Numbered from the stretch's first letter, positions 37,875-47,535 are shown. The stretch: DNA of 64,000 bases from an uncultured virus (IMG/VR IMGVR_UViG_3300036800_000376) (IMGVR_UViG_3300036800_000376), one strand, 5' to 3'. A program made the numbers and translations. Notes: generated by a model from the letters alone, not told the origin.

Positions 37875-38287
37875 ACGGAATCCCCCACGTACAGAACCCA
37901 GCCGTCCTCGTCGGGTTCCCACCGCAGCGCCCAGATCCCCGGCGTGACGTTGCGCTCGAAGTCGCTGAGGATCGGCTGGAGCGTCGGGTAGACGCCACGC
38001 CAGTTGTCCGGGCGGATCTGGCTCGGGTTGCCGTAGATCCGCGAGCGATCCTCCGGCTCCTCTTCGGGCGGCTCCTCAGGCGGCGGTGGCGGGGCCGGCG
38101 GCTCAGGTGGCGCGGGCGGCTCCGGTGGCGGGGCCGGCGGCTCAGGTGGCGCGGGCGGCTCCGGTGGCGCGGGCGGCGGAGTCGGCGGAACCTCCGGAGG
38201 CGGCAGGGGCGCGCGACCGGTAGCCCGTCGGAACGTGTTGCGAATCGAGCGGCCGAATCGGCGGAAGAACCCGCCCCGGCTAGCCAA
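37871..38287 (-). CDS. Pro-rich protein coupled to the polymerase-like gene
   Basis: GGAG then TTG start; ATGA overlap; basic N-terminus, PPEPPA linker, Trp/Tyr-rich C-terminal domain. Confidence 0.65.
   Translation of the reverse strand: MASRGGFFRRFGRSIRNTFRRATGRAPLPPPEVPPTPPPAPPEPPAPPEPPAPPPEPPAPPEPPAPPPPPEEPPEEEPEDRSRIYGNPSQIRPDNWRGVYPTLQPILSDFERNVTPGIWALRWEPDEDGWVLYVGDSV
38085..38162. repeat. 39-bp tandem repeat x2 encoding the Pro linker
   Basis: ggtggcggggccggcggctcaggtggcgcgggcggctcc repeated. Confidence 0.85.
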
Positions 38288-38512
38288 GACGACCAGCTCC
38301 CCGGTTCACGATCGGCCATGCTGTGGCGATCGCAAATACGGACGCGAATTGACGAACGCACTCGTAAACAGCCGCGAGATGCGCTACAGTTTCGACCAGG
38401 CCCTGAGAAAGCCTTATAGAGTTTTTGGAATCCCGTCCGGTGGCTGCCGAGGCGGGTTTCCGCGTTAATGGGGGTGGTCTCACTTAGGGAGGGCCCCTCC
38501 TATATCTTCGGG

Positions 38513-38749
38513 TCACGCCTGTGCGCTCACCTCCGGCGGGTTTGGACGCGCTGCGCGACTGACGTGCTGTCGTATCGCCTCGCGCGCCACGGCACTCACG
38601 GACTTGCCCTCGGCGAGCGCCTGCTCTTCGAGCGCTTGACGCTCAGCCGCCGCGATCTTGGCCGTCACGAGAACCAGCCGGTTGCCCCGGTTGTACTTCG
38701 CCGGGGGCGGTCGATCTGAGTGGACGGTTGTGGCGGTTATGACGCTCAT
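38513..38749 (-). CDS. CopG/ribbon-helix-helix protein
   Basis: VTAKI...ERQALEEQA.AEGKSVSAVAREAI. Confidence 0.65.
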   Translation of the reverse strand: MSVITATTVHSDRPPPAKYNRGNRLVLVTAKIAAAERQALEEQALAEGKSVSAVAREAIRQHVSRAARPNPPEVSAQA

Positions 38750-39021
38750 GCCGAGGCGGCAAGTATCGGTATACCGTCGGACGGACCGGCGGAATAGCTG
38801 GACCTCCGACGTCCTGCACACCCGCTGTTTGCGGGCTCAGCGGAGCAGCTTACCACATCGGTCTACAGATGTTTGACCGACGTAATCGGTGGTCTAACGA
38901 GTCCGCTCGGGCGCTCTCGCGCAAAAGGGAGCAGACTGACGCGCGGCATTGTCACAGCCCTCTCGGACGGAACTTTCCCGCACTTTGCGTACGTAAAGTC
39001 CGCTAACCCGGCGGGGCCGCG

Positions 39022-39483
39022 CTACCCGTTGACGTGCGGGTCGCGTAGACCCGTGAGCGCCCAGAACGCGTGACCGCGTGCAGGTACCCGGCCTCGAGCT
39101 CGCGGGCGACGGGGAGACGGCAGGAACCGCATCGCGTAGGACAGCAGCGACTCGGCGACCAGCTGGCGGCCAGCGTCGCTGACGGGGCACCGTGCCTGCT
39201 CGAGCGCCCACGTCCAGCAGTTCGCCTCACGCTCGAGGATCGCCGCGCTACGGCCGCGGGCGACATGGTGCGCGACCTCGTGCAGCGCCACCAGGTACGA
39301 GCCCTCGTCCGCAGCCGGCGGGCAGGCGATCACCCGGACCCTGGCGGCGCCGGCGCGAGCCGCGAACGCCGACTTCCCCAAGCCGCGGCCTCTCACGACA
39401 CCATGCGCTTCGCAGAGCTCCAAGATATGCGCCTCAAGCTGTGCGCCTTTGAGGCTAGCCCGTTGTGGATGCGTTCCGTCCAT
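39022..39483 (-). CDS. small HExxH metalloprotease-like protein
   Basis: YLVALHEVAHH...EREANCWTWA. Confidence 0.6.
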   Translation of the reverse strand: MDGTHPQRASLKGAQLEAHILELCEAHGVVRGRGLGKSAFAARAGAARVRVIACPPAADEGSYLVALHEVAHHVARGRSAAILEREANCWTWALEQARCPVSDAGRQLVAESLLSYAMRFLPSPRRPRARGRVPARGHAFWALTGLRDPHVNG

Positions 39484-39923
39484 GCAGTTATCTGCGTACC
39501 ATTCTACCAAGCTCGGCGCGCGTGAAACGACACATCAAACCATTTGCGTTTCTGCGCGTGGTCGTATACGCTGGTCAAACTGTGGTAATCGACCCCTCCC
39601 AAACGCAGCTGAGCCCTCAGCAACTGGAAGTACTGGAGTGCTGCTTCCCCGAGCAGTGGGGCGAGCTCACAGCAGCGTTCACCGACAGCGCGAACCCTCT
39701 CGCGACCGGCCCGGACCTCCTCGTCCACACCAGCATCCCCGGCGCCCGGGTAGCGCGCATCGACAGTTTGGGCCGCATCGGCTCAGCCGACCGGGTGCCT
39801 GATCAGATCGACGCTCTTGGCCGCGTCGTCGCGGACTATCAGATGCCCGCCGAAACCTTTGTCGTTAGGTTCAAACGCCTCTCGACGAGCCCGATCGGCA
39901 CCGCGACCGAGTACACCGGATGA
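39465..39923 (+). CDS. hypothetical protein (start uncertain)
   Basis: ATGA coupling to the next gene. Confidence 0.5.
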   Translation: MDAFRPCSYLRTILPSSARVKRHIKPFAFLRVVVYAGQTVVIDPSQTQLSPQQLEVLECCFPEQWGELTAAFTDSANPLATGPDLLVHTSIPGARVARIDSLGRIGSADRVPDQIDALGRVVADYQMPAETFVVRFKRLSTSPIGTATEYTG

Positions 39924-40729
39924 AGCTCTCCTACCGATTCAGCGATGACTGGTTCATCTACGCCCAAGCCACTGACGGATCATGGTGGTCCGCGAACACC
40001 GAGACGTGGCCCGAATGGCTCGACGCCGCCAAGCAGGCCGGGGCTGATCGCCGCGTATTCGATGCTGTGACCCGGCTGGCCGGGGATGAGGACGCAACCG
40101 AGCGGCACATAGTCGCGCGTGTGACCGCCTGGGACACAGAGCTCTCCCCCACCGCCACGCCCGTATCAAGGCCAACCCGTGAAGGCCTGCAGGGCGTCAT
40201 CCGCCAGCATCCCCTCGGTTTCACTGGCTTCGCTTCCTGGGAGCGCGTACCCGGCGATTACACCGACGACCTCACCAAGACAGCCGCAGCGGTCCCGCTG
40301 AGAGCCGACGGCACCGTGATTCCGTGCGAATGGCCCAAGGGCTGCGATCTGCGCTCCCGCGAATCCGTGCTCGACACAACCCACGGCGAGCTCGCGCTCT
40401 GCCGCCAGCACGCGAAAGAGCTGCGCAACGCGAATCACCTGCTCGCTAAGGACTACATCCCGGCCCCACATCGACTTGCTGACCTCGGGACGCTTATCCC
40501 TGACTCTGCAATGGAGCACCACGTCGAGTACGTCCACGCCTGGCCCGAAGGCTGGCGGGAGGCGAGGTGCTACCTCCCACTCGAGTGCCCAAACTGCCGC
40601 CGGCTACGGCTCCTGTACGCACTCCGGATCGACGGCAGCGAGGGGATCCTTGTGCACTGCGAAAAATGCGGGCTCTCCTCACATCCAGAGACCGAGCCCG
40701 ACGACCCCTGGGAGAACCAGTCCTCATGA
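39920..40729 (+). CDS. hypothetical protein with Zn-ribbon motifs
   Basis: CPNC...CEKC; coupled. Confidence 0.6.
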   Translation: MKLSYRFSDDWFIYAQATDGSWWSANTETWPEWLDAAKQAGADRRVFDAVTRLAGDEDATERHIVARVTAWDTELSPTATPVSRPTREGLQGVIRQHPLGFTGFASWERVPGDYTDDLTKTAAAVPLRADGTVIPCEWPKGCDLRSRESVLDTTHGELALCRQHAKELRNANHLLAKDYIPAPHRLADLGTLIPDSAMEHHVEYVHAWPEGWREARCYLPLECPNCRRLRLLYALRIDGSEGILVHCEKCGLSSHPETEPDDPWENQSS

Positions 40730-41166
40730 GCGATCGGTTCACTGAGGGCGTGGACTCGAAGGGGCGCCTGCACCCCACCGCGGCGGTCGAGCGGCTGCTC
40801 GCCACGATCCCCGCTGACCCTGTGAACCTGTGGGACGCCGCGGACGTCGCCGTCGACCAGGCCGACGAGGAGACCTTACGCGCCGCGCTGCGCGGCCTAC
40901 TCGGGCTGCACCTACACCAGCTGCGCTACAACGAGCCTCAGATCGCGATGCGCAACGTGCTCGAGGGCGACTACGTGCGGCTGCACGGCACGGTGTCCTT
41001 CGTCCGCGAAGTACTCGACCAAGCCGTATCGCGATCCCCCAAGCGAAGCATCACCCTGAAGGTCAACTACCACACGCCCGGCGGACCCCAGGCCACCTAC
41101 GCGTATGCCGCTAACACCAGCATCCCATTGGTCGCGCGCCCCCGACAGGACCGCCATGACTCCTGA
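40726..41166 (+). CDS. hypothetical protein
   Basis: ATGA coupling. Confidence 0.55.
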   Translation: MSDRFTEGVDSKGRLHPTAAVERLLATIPADPVNLWDAADVAVDQADEETLRAALRGLLGLHLHQLRYNEPQIAMRNVLEGDYVRLHGTVSFVREVLDQAVSRSPKRSITLKVNYHTPGGPQATYAYAANTSIPLVARPRQDRHDS

Positions 41167-41392
41167 GCAAAGTCCCACCCGCAATGAGGTCACGATCGCC
41201 TACGACGGTCGCGAGCTCGAGCTCGAGGATCTCGAGTCGATCCTTCGCGCGCCGGAGCGACTGCGGGCCTTGGCCCTCGACCTCGAGGAACAAGCGCGCC
41301 AGGCGCTCAACGAGGGACACCTAACCCGCGGCCGCGAGCTGCTGGACGCCGCCGACGCCGCCCTACGCACGGCGAAGAGCTGGGAGCCATGA
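41156..41392 (+). CDS. hypothetical protein
   Basis: AGGA RBS; helical. Confidence 0.5.
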   Translation: MTPEQSPTRNEVTIAYDGRELELEDLESILRAPERLRALALDLEEQARQALNEGHLTRGRELLDAADAALRTAKSWEP

Positions 41393-41703
41393 CGCCGCCG
41401 CCCGAGCAAAGCAGCGGTCCCGGGTCGGTTTCGGTCTACGCCCGCACGGTGCGGGTTACCGTCCGGTTACGCGGCCGCGAGGCCGAGCGCGTCGACGCGC
41501 TCCTCGAGCGCCTGAAGGCCGACACCCGCGGCACGCGCTGGCGGAAGCCCTGGTCCCCCGGGCGCAATTACAGCTGGACACGAGGAGACGTGCTTCGCCT
41601 CGGCATCCAAGCGCTCGAGGAGGCGATCGCCGCGTCTGACTATCCCATGGCCACCGGATCGTCAGACGATGCAGGGCGACTCGCGCTGGAGCGTACGCCA
41701 TGA
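41389..41703 (+). CDS. hypothetical protein (RHH-like)
   Basis: VRVTVRL...TRGDVLRLGI.AL. Confidence 0.5.
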   Translation: MTPPPEQSSGPGSVSVYARTVRVTVRLRGREAERVDALLERLKADTRGTRWRKPWSPGRNYSWTRGDVLRLGIQALEEAIAASDYPMATGSSDDAGRLALERTP

Positions 41704-42167
41704 AGCCTCCAGAGCCCCGCCGCGCCCGCGACCTCGGCGACGTTTACAACGACGTGGCCGACCGCTACTCGGGCAATATCGAGCGAGATCTCGCTGAGTG
41801 CAACATCCCACCAGATCTTGCGCTCGACATCGGGCGGACCTGCGCCGCCTGGGCGGTCAACGGGGTGCCACACGCGCAGATCGCCGCCGCGCTCGCGTTC
41901 CACGTCGGGCTCATGACCGGCGTCGAATGGGTGCGAGAGACCCGGGTGGTCACGCCTTCCTCTGAACAAAGCGACTCCCACGGAGAGCCTTACCGCTATG
42001 AGGCCAAGGTCACACTGATCATCGCCGAGCATGGCCTTGATCGCGCCTGGAGCGCGGCGCGGGATGCCGCAACGACACTCGAAGGGCGCGAGGATGTCGT
42101 GCACGCCCAGGTGAGCCTGATGGACCTGCGTCACCGGCCCGATCTCGACAACTCGCTGAAGCCATGA
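41700..42167 (+). CDS. hypothetical protein
   Basis: ATGA coupling. Confidence 0.55.
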   Translation: MKPPEPRRARDLGDVYNDVADRYSGNIERDLAECNIPPDLALDIGRTCAAWAVNGVPHAQIAAALAFHVGLMTGVEWVRETRVVTPSSEQSDSHGEPYRYEAKVTLIIAEHGLDRAWSAARDAATTLEGREDVVHAQVSLMDLRHRPDLDNSLKP

Positions 42168-42601
42168 GCAAGACCGCGGTTGTGATCCTCAACGTGACCG
42201 AGCACGCGGCAGCAATGACCCCGCCGCGCCTCAACCTCGTCGACGTCCTCGCCCGCAGCAGCACGCACGCGTCCACAGCCGTGCGTGGTGGGTGGGATGA
42301 GCTCGTGCGGGAAGCCGACGAGCTCGGCTATCGGGTCGAGCTGGTCGAGTACTGCGAGTCTGCGGACTCCCCGGGTCTGCTCGGCGCCGGGCTCGGTGTC
42401 TGCATCTACGCGAAGCGAATCATCCGGGTGCGACGAGCCCTGCGCGAGGAGGACCGCTGCTTCGTGCTCGAGCACGAACTCGATCACGCCCGGAACGCCG
42501 GCGCCGGGCGGGAGTGGCACGCCGAGCTCGACCGCAAGGTCCACGTCGACCACGCTGACCAGCATCGCGTGATCGACGACTACCTCTACCCGGAGATGTG
42601 A
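42164..42601 (+). CDS. ImmA/IrrE-like HExxH protein
   Basis: G.C.YAKRIIRVRRAL...RCFVLEHELDH. Confidence 0.55.
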   Translation: MSKTAVVILNVTEHAAAMTPPRLNLVDVLARSSTHASTAVRGGWDELVREADELGYRVELVEYCESADSPGLLGAGLGVCIYAKRIIRVRRALREEDRCFVLEHELDHARNAGAGREWHAELDRKVHVDHADQHRVIDDYLYPEM

Positions 42602-42605
42602 CGCG

Positions 42606-42962
42606 ATGCCGCCCCTGTTCCGTCGCCAGCGCCAATCCGCCAAGCCCAACACCGCAGCCCCAAGGCAGGCGCCCCCACCGCCAGCGGGCAGGACCCAAGC
42701 GGAGGGGTCGCCCAAGACCGCATCTCTACCGTGCCCCGCGTGTGGCGCTGGGCACCTACTCGCGCACGTGGATCTCCCGCTCACGCTCAGTGTCCACTTG
42801 ACGCACGAGGGGCAAGTCCGCCCCGCGGAAGTCTTGACCACCAAGCGCGAGCTCCAGCGCGCAGCACAAGAACACTTCAAGCCGCTCGGCGACGACGTGC
42901 TCCTGACCTGCTCCACCTGCGACTACCGGCGCACTGTGGGCGAATTTCGAGGTGCAACATGA
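42606..42962 (+). CDS. Zn-ribbon hypothetical protein
   Basis: CPACG...CSTCD. Confidence 0.5.
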   Translation: MPPLFRRQRQSAKPNTAAPRQAPPPPAGRTQAEGSPKTASLPCPACGAGHLLAHVDLPLTLSVHLTHEGQVRPAEVLTTKRELQRAAQEHFKPLGDDVLLTCSTCDYRRTVGEFRGAT

Positions 42963-44020
42963 GGCGCGCCCCGGCGACAGTCCGAGCGACCGCGCTCGCG
43001 GCCGCGGCCACGGCCGTTCTCGCCGGCTGCGGGATCGCGGCCTCAACCACGAGCAGTCAGACCGCGAGCTCGAGCGCGTCCCGAGATTCCGGGGCGATAG
43101 TCGATCCGCGCTCGAGCGCGGCGCTGCAGCTCGCGACCGAGCCCAACGCGGGCGGTAACCGGCCGTTCCTGGCGATGATCGCCGGAGCTCACCGCAGCAT
43201 CGATATGACGATGTACGAGCTCGCCGATCCGCAGGTGGAGGCGGCGCTCGCCGCGGCCGCGAAGCGTGGGATGACGGTGCGGGTCCTGCTCAACGGCGGC
43301 TACTACAGCGAGCGTGAGAGCACGAACAGCACGGCCTACGGCTACCTCTCCTCGCACGGGGTGGCGGTGCGCTACACGCCGGCGTTCTTCGCGCTCACAC
43401 ACCAGAAGACCATCACGATCGACGGGCGGGTCTCGGCGATCATGACGCTGAACCTCACCAGCGAGTACTACGCCACCACCCGCGACTTCGCGGTCCTCGA
43501 CTCACAGCCAGCGGACGTCACCGCGATCGAGGGCGCGTTCAATGCCGACTGGCGCGACCAGCGAGTCACCCCGTCCGCCGGCGCCGGGGATCTCGTGTGG
43601 TCCCCCGGCTCCTCCACCGAGCTCCTCCATCTGATCGCGTCCGCCCGCAGCTCGCTGCAAATCGAGAACGAGGAGATGGCCGACCCCGCCATCACCAGCG
43701 CGCTGTGCGCCGCCGCCCGCCGCGGCGTCAAGGTCCAGATCGCGATGACCTACGAGTCCGACTGGAGCTCCGCGTTCTCCGAGCTCACCGGATGCGGCGC
43801 ACAGGTCCGCGTCTACCACGGGGAGCACCCGATCTACATTCACGCCAAGGTGATCCTCGTCGATAACCGGACGGCGTTCCTGGGATCGGAGAACTTCTCC
43901 CGAGGCTCGCTCGACAGCAACCGCGAGCTCGGGATCGTAACCTCAGCACCGGGCATCGTTCATTCGCTCGCCGGGACCCTCACTAGCGACTTCTCGGGTG
44001 CCGCACCCCCCGAACGCTGA
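42959..44020 (+). CDS. phospholipase D-family lipoprotein
   Basis: LAGC lipobox; two HKD motifs HQKTITID and HAKVILVD...GSEN. Confidence 0.88.
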   Translation: MRRAPATVRATALAAAATAVLAGCGIAASTTSSQTASSSASRDSGAIVDPRSSAALQLATEPNAGGNRPFLAMIAGAHRSIDMTMYELADPQVEAALAAAAKRGMTVRVLLNGGYYSERESTNSTAYGYLSSHGVAVRYTPAFFALTHQKTITIDGRVSAIMTLNLTSEYYATTRDFAVLDSQPADVTAIEGAFNADWRDQRVTPSAGAGDLVWSPGSSTELLHLIASARSSLQIENEEMADPAITSALCAAARRGVKVQIAMTYESDWSSAFSELTGCGAQVRVYHGEHPIYIHAKVILVDNRTAFLGSENFSRGSLDSNRELGIVTSAPGIVHSLAGTLTSDFSGAAPPER

Positions 44021-44026
44021 ACCGCT

Positions 44027-44560
44027 ATGAGCGGCGAAAGTTCCCTCACCGCGTTTCTGCCGAGCGATCTCGCGCTTGCGTTCGCGTATCAGATCACGCG
44101 ACAGCTTCGAGCTGAATACGAAGACCCCGAGGACTGGCCGATCATCGCCGTTGGCGTGCCCCACAACGCCCTAGCAGCCAACCCGATGATGCACCTGGAC
44201 GAACTCGCACTCCGCGAATACACCGAGGTGCTCCCCGCATTCATCACAGACCACCAGCTGCAGGCGATGGCACTGATCTTCTCAGCATGGACCACCGCCT
44301 ACACAGGCGAATCTGCACAGCGCGCGCTCGATGACCTCCATAAACGCGGTGGTCCCGAGGTGCGCCCCTCCCACGATCCGCGCCGCCAAGAGATCCTCTG
44401 TATAGGGGCACTCGACGCCTCCAGCCAGCGCTACTGCCAGATGCAAGTCCATCGCTCCGGCGAGCACCCCCATATCGGTATTCCCGAGCTGCTACCAGAT
44501 ACGGCGCTCGGGCCCGCCTATCTCTCTCTCCAACAAGCGCTAGGCCGCACAGATGGCTAA
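44027..44560 (+). CDS. hypothetical protein
   Basis: 177-aa ORF with protein-like composition. Confidence 0.6.
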   Translation: MSGESSLTAFLPSDLALAFAYQITRQLRAEYEDPEDWPIIAVGVPHNALAANPMMHLDELALREYTEVLPAFITDHQLQAMALIFSAWTTAYTGESAQRALDDLHKRGGPEVRPSHDPRRQEILCIGALDASSQRYCQMQVHRSGEHPHIGIPELLPDTALGPAYLSLQQALGRTDG

Positions 44561-44598
44561 GTCGTATTAGAGCAGCCGGGCCTCGGCAAGCGCGGCCT

Positions 44599-44856
44599 CT
44601 AGATCCTCGATCTCTCATGAGAGGCGTCTTTGGCGAGCCGGTCGATGCGGCGCGCCGCGGCGCGCAGGCTGCTCGACCAGCCGTCGAGAACGCACCACCA
44701 GCCATCAAACACTGCAATGCACCAGATCGGCTCGCACGGATGGCGCAGCGCTCGGACCCCGCTCGGGTGCTTCCACTCGCTGGTGTACGCGGGAGCGATC
44801 CGATCGGAGTCGCTGACCTTGGTCAACCCGTGTCGCGTTGCGGTCAGATAGGCCAT
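44599..44856 (-). CDS. hypothetical protein
   Basis: Abuts the upstream ORF. Confidence 0.4.
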   Translation of the reverse strand: MAYLTATRHGLTKVSDSDRIAPAYTSEWKHPSGVRALRHPCEPIWCIAVFDGWWCVLDGWSSSLRAAARRIDRLAKDASHERSRI

Positions 44857-45129
44857 CTAAACGGGCGTGTGGTCGGCGCTGTCGGAACGATTACCGTCAG
44901 CGTCGTGCCACCCACAATCACACGGCAGCCCCACCGCGAGGTGGTGCACCTCGCAGCGCCGCAGGATCTCGTCGTGGCACGGCCACCAGCCACCGCAGCT
45001 CGCGCAGGCTAGCCGCGTGTAGCCGAGCCCAGCGTCACGATCGACGGGGCGGTGTCGGCTATCGGGCTGCTCGGCGCGCATCCGCTCGTGGCGGGGCGGC
45101 ATCGGATCTTGTCGCTGTTGGGAAGTCAT
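44857..45129 (-). CDS. small Cys/His protein
   Basis: CASCGGWWPC...CDCG. Confidence 0.45.
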   Translation of the reverse strand: MTSQQRQDPMPPRHERMRAEQPDSRHRPVDRDAGLGYTRLACASCGGWWPCHDEILRRCEVHHLAVGLPCDCGWHDADGNRSDSADHTPV

Positions 45130-45183
45130 AAGGGGCTCTTCGGTAATGGCGCTCGCGTCCAGCCCGAGGGCGGACGGGTTCGG

Positions 45184-45372
45184 TCATGATTGTTGTTGAT
45201 ACCGGTCGATCAGGCGCCCGACCTCAGCATCCCAGGCAGCCCAGAACGCGTCGCTCGGTACCGCGTACAGGCGGCCTATGCGCTCCTCGACGACGGCGGC
45301 GGTGATCTCCTGAGAGAGCTCGTCGGACAATCCGTCCGCCACTGCCTCGAATAGCGCCGCCATCGCGTTCAT
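45184..45372 (-). CDS. small hypothetical protein, probably leaderless
   Basis: ATG 33 nt after the motif. Confidence 0.55.
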   Translation of the reverse strand: MNAMAALFEAVADGLSDELSQEITAAVVEERIGRLYAVPSDAFWAAWDAEVGRLIDRYQQQS

Positions 45373-45411
45373 GCTCATTAGAGCCCGCGGCACACGGAAT
45401 TTCACCCCCCC
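45372..45411 (-). promoter_or_regulatory. promoter motif copy 4
   Basis: GGGGGGGTGAA-N17-CTCTAA-TGAGC-ATG. Confidence 0.75.
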
Positions 45412-45446
45412 GTCCCGAACTCCCCGGACGGCCCCTCTCTCTTGAG

Positions 45447-46706
45447 CTACGACGCCGGCGGGTCGTCCTGCTCGAGGGCGGCCGTGAGCGCTTCAACCTG
45501 GGCGCGTACCGAGCTCACCATCGCCTCGACGCCGGCGCGGGCTTGTGTGATCCCGTTCCCCGCCTGCGTGAGGTTACGTTTGATGACGCGAACCTGCTCA
45601 AGCGTTCCGAGGATGTTCTCGGTCGTGTTGTGCAGCAGCTCGGGATCGAGCGTCTCACCACGCGCCTGGCGCATCGTGACCCGAGCGCGGGCGAGCGCGT
45701 ATGCGACCTCGAGCGGCAGCGCTCCACCCACCTCATCCGGGTCGTAGACAACGGCGAGCTTGTCCGCCCCGTACTCACATAGCTGCCGCATCCCGCTCGG
45801 CATGTGCTCCGGTTTTGAAACGATCAGCACAGCGAAGTCCGCGCCGCGATCGCTGATCGCCCTATCGAGCTGCCGGGTCGCTTCGGGCCGGGTCAAGCGG
45901 GTGGTCTTCGCTTCCCACACGAGCCGGCCAACGGGCCGGCCCCGGCCCGCCGCGAGATCAACGATCACATCACCGGACTTCCCGACCGCCCCGGGCACAT
46001 CACCGACGGCCTCCACGACGTCGCCCTGCACGGCGGCGAGCTGCTCGAGCGCGGCCGCGACCTGCTCCTCGTAGGGCCTGCCCTTAGCCGCGGACCGGTC
46101 ACGCTCAGCGGCGACGGCGGTCTCGGCAGCCTGCCCGGCTCGCATCTCGGTCACAACCAGCACGAGATCGCGGAGCGCCTTGGCGGTCTCCTCGCCGCTT
46201 CTCGCGATCGCCGCGCGCGTCTCGGCGCGTAGCAAGCTGAGCGGGTTCTCATCGCCGGCGGATGAGAACAGCTCCTTGAGGTGCCGCTGGTGGCCGGAGA
46301 GCAGCTCGTCGAGCCGCTCGCGAAGATGGGCGGGTAGACCCTCGGTCGAGGTGGACCCGAACAGTCGATCGAGCTCGCTCCTGACCAAGCCGAGCAGATC
46401 CTCGCTGGAGGCCGCAACGGATGCGGTCACGTGATCGGCGGTGCTCGTGAGCTGCTCTCGCAGCCAGTCCGCGCTCTGTCCCGCCGTTTCGCGGGCGAGC
46501 ACACGCGCTCCGATCGCCGCGGCGTCCTCGACGAGTCTGACCAGCGCGTCACCGTCATCGGCGACCTGCTCGGCGAGAGCGCGCAGCTCGGGATCGGCGA
46601 GCAGGAGCCGGTCGACCGCGACGCCATCCTCGAGCAGCCGCACGCGCCGCAACGGTGTCGGCAAGGTCTCCGGGGGGCCTCCGTGATTGGGGAGTTGCTC
46701 GGGCAT
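45447..46706 (-). CDS. coiled-coil protein with PD-(D/E)xK-like domain (RmuC/DUF2130-like)
   Basis: KGRPYEEQV...SGDVIV...VWEAK, flanked by coiled coils. Confidence 0.6.
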   Translation of the reverse strand: MPEQLPNHGGPPETLPTPLRRVRLLEDGVAVDRLLLADPELRALAEQVADDGDALVRLVEDAAAIGARVLARETAGQSADWLREQLTSTADHVTASVAASSEDLLGLVRSELDRLFGSTSTEGLPAHLRERLDELLSGHQRHLKELFSSAGDENPLSLLRAETRAAIARSGEETAKALRDLVLVVTEMRAGQAAETAVAAERDRSAAKGRPYEEQVAAALEQLAAVQGDVVEAVGDVPGAVGKSGDVIVDLAAGRGRPVGRLVWEAKTTRLTRPEATRQLDRAISDRGADFAVLIVSKPEHMPSGMRQLCEYGADKLAVVYDPDEVGGALPLEVAYALARARVTMRQARGETLDPELLHNTTENILGTLEQVRVIKRNLTQAGNGITQARAGVEAMVSSVRAQVEALTAALEQDDPPAS

Positions 46707-47309
46707 GGGTCGTTTAGGATCGCGCGTCCCCCGGACGCCCAGTTTGCAGCGCTTCTAGGCGCTTGCGGTAGCGGGTGATGCTGCCGGTCAGGTTCTGGAG
46801 CTTGTATGACGGGAGCGCGCCGCCGGCGCCGAGCTGGAACGCCGCGACGGTCGCGATCGTCGCAGCGTCGGCGCGCTGCGCGTCGTCGAGGATGGAGAGA
46901 TCGCCTGCTTCGCCGCTCTTGGCGGCCTTGCGGCAGCCTTGATCCGGTCGCGCTCAGCTTCGAGCTCGGCGATCCGCTCCCGAAGCCGCTCCGGAGCGTC
47001 GGGGTCATCGTCGTAGATCGCGCGGTCGGCGGCCGCGGCGATGTTGTCCGCTCGCCGGCGAAACTCGGAGGCCTTCGCGTTGTGCTCAGCGCTGGCGCGC
47101 GTCGCATTGTCGAGCTTCACGATCGCGCGCTCGTGCCGGCGCTGAGAGTGATGCCCAACGAGGATCGGCTGGCCCAAGGGAATCGCGTCCATGATCGAGT
47201 CGGCGGTGCCCCGGGCGGCGGAGGCCTTCGCGTCTCGTTTCTCTGCCCAGTCTCGCAACCGCTCAGCGCGGCGTTCCCTGCGCTCGCGATACGTCGGTTT
47301 CTCGTCCAT
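46707..47309 (-). pseudogene. DUF3560-domain protein, frameshifted near 46935
   Basis: IPLGQPILVGHHS, IYDDDPDA.ERL; the C-terminal PSYKLQNLTGSITRYRKRL is in another frame. Confidence 0.7.
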
Positions 47310-47347
47310 GCCCTTTAGAGCCACTGAGGGGGCGATCTTCACCCCCC
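47309..47347 (-). promoter_or_regulatory. promoter motif copy 5
   Basis: GGGGGGTGAA-N17-CTCTAA-AGGGC-ATG. Confidence 0.75.
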
Positions 47348-47535
47348 TTCGGATGTTTTGCCGAGAACTGTCAGCTCTCGGCCTTGAATCGCTCGACGAT
47401 GCCCCCCAGATGCTGCGCCTCTCGACGCATTGACTCGGCGACCAGCGGCGCGTTCGCGAGCACAGCGAGGAGACGCCTCATCGACCACGGTGGCCTTGCT
47501 CTCGATGTAGCCGAGCTCAGCCTTCGTTCGGGTAG

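Noticed and set aside
47309..47342. 11-residue MKxxxxxxxKG N-terminal extensions as a conserved signal peptide
   Set aside because: Two copies have 34-nt spacing that breaks the frame (one also contains stops), so conservation is at the DNA level
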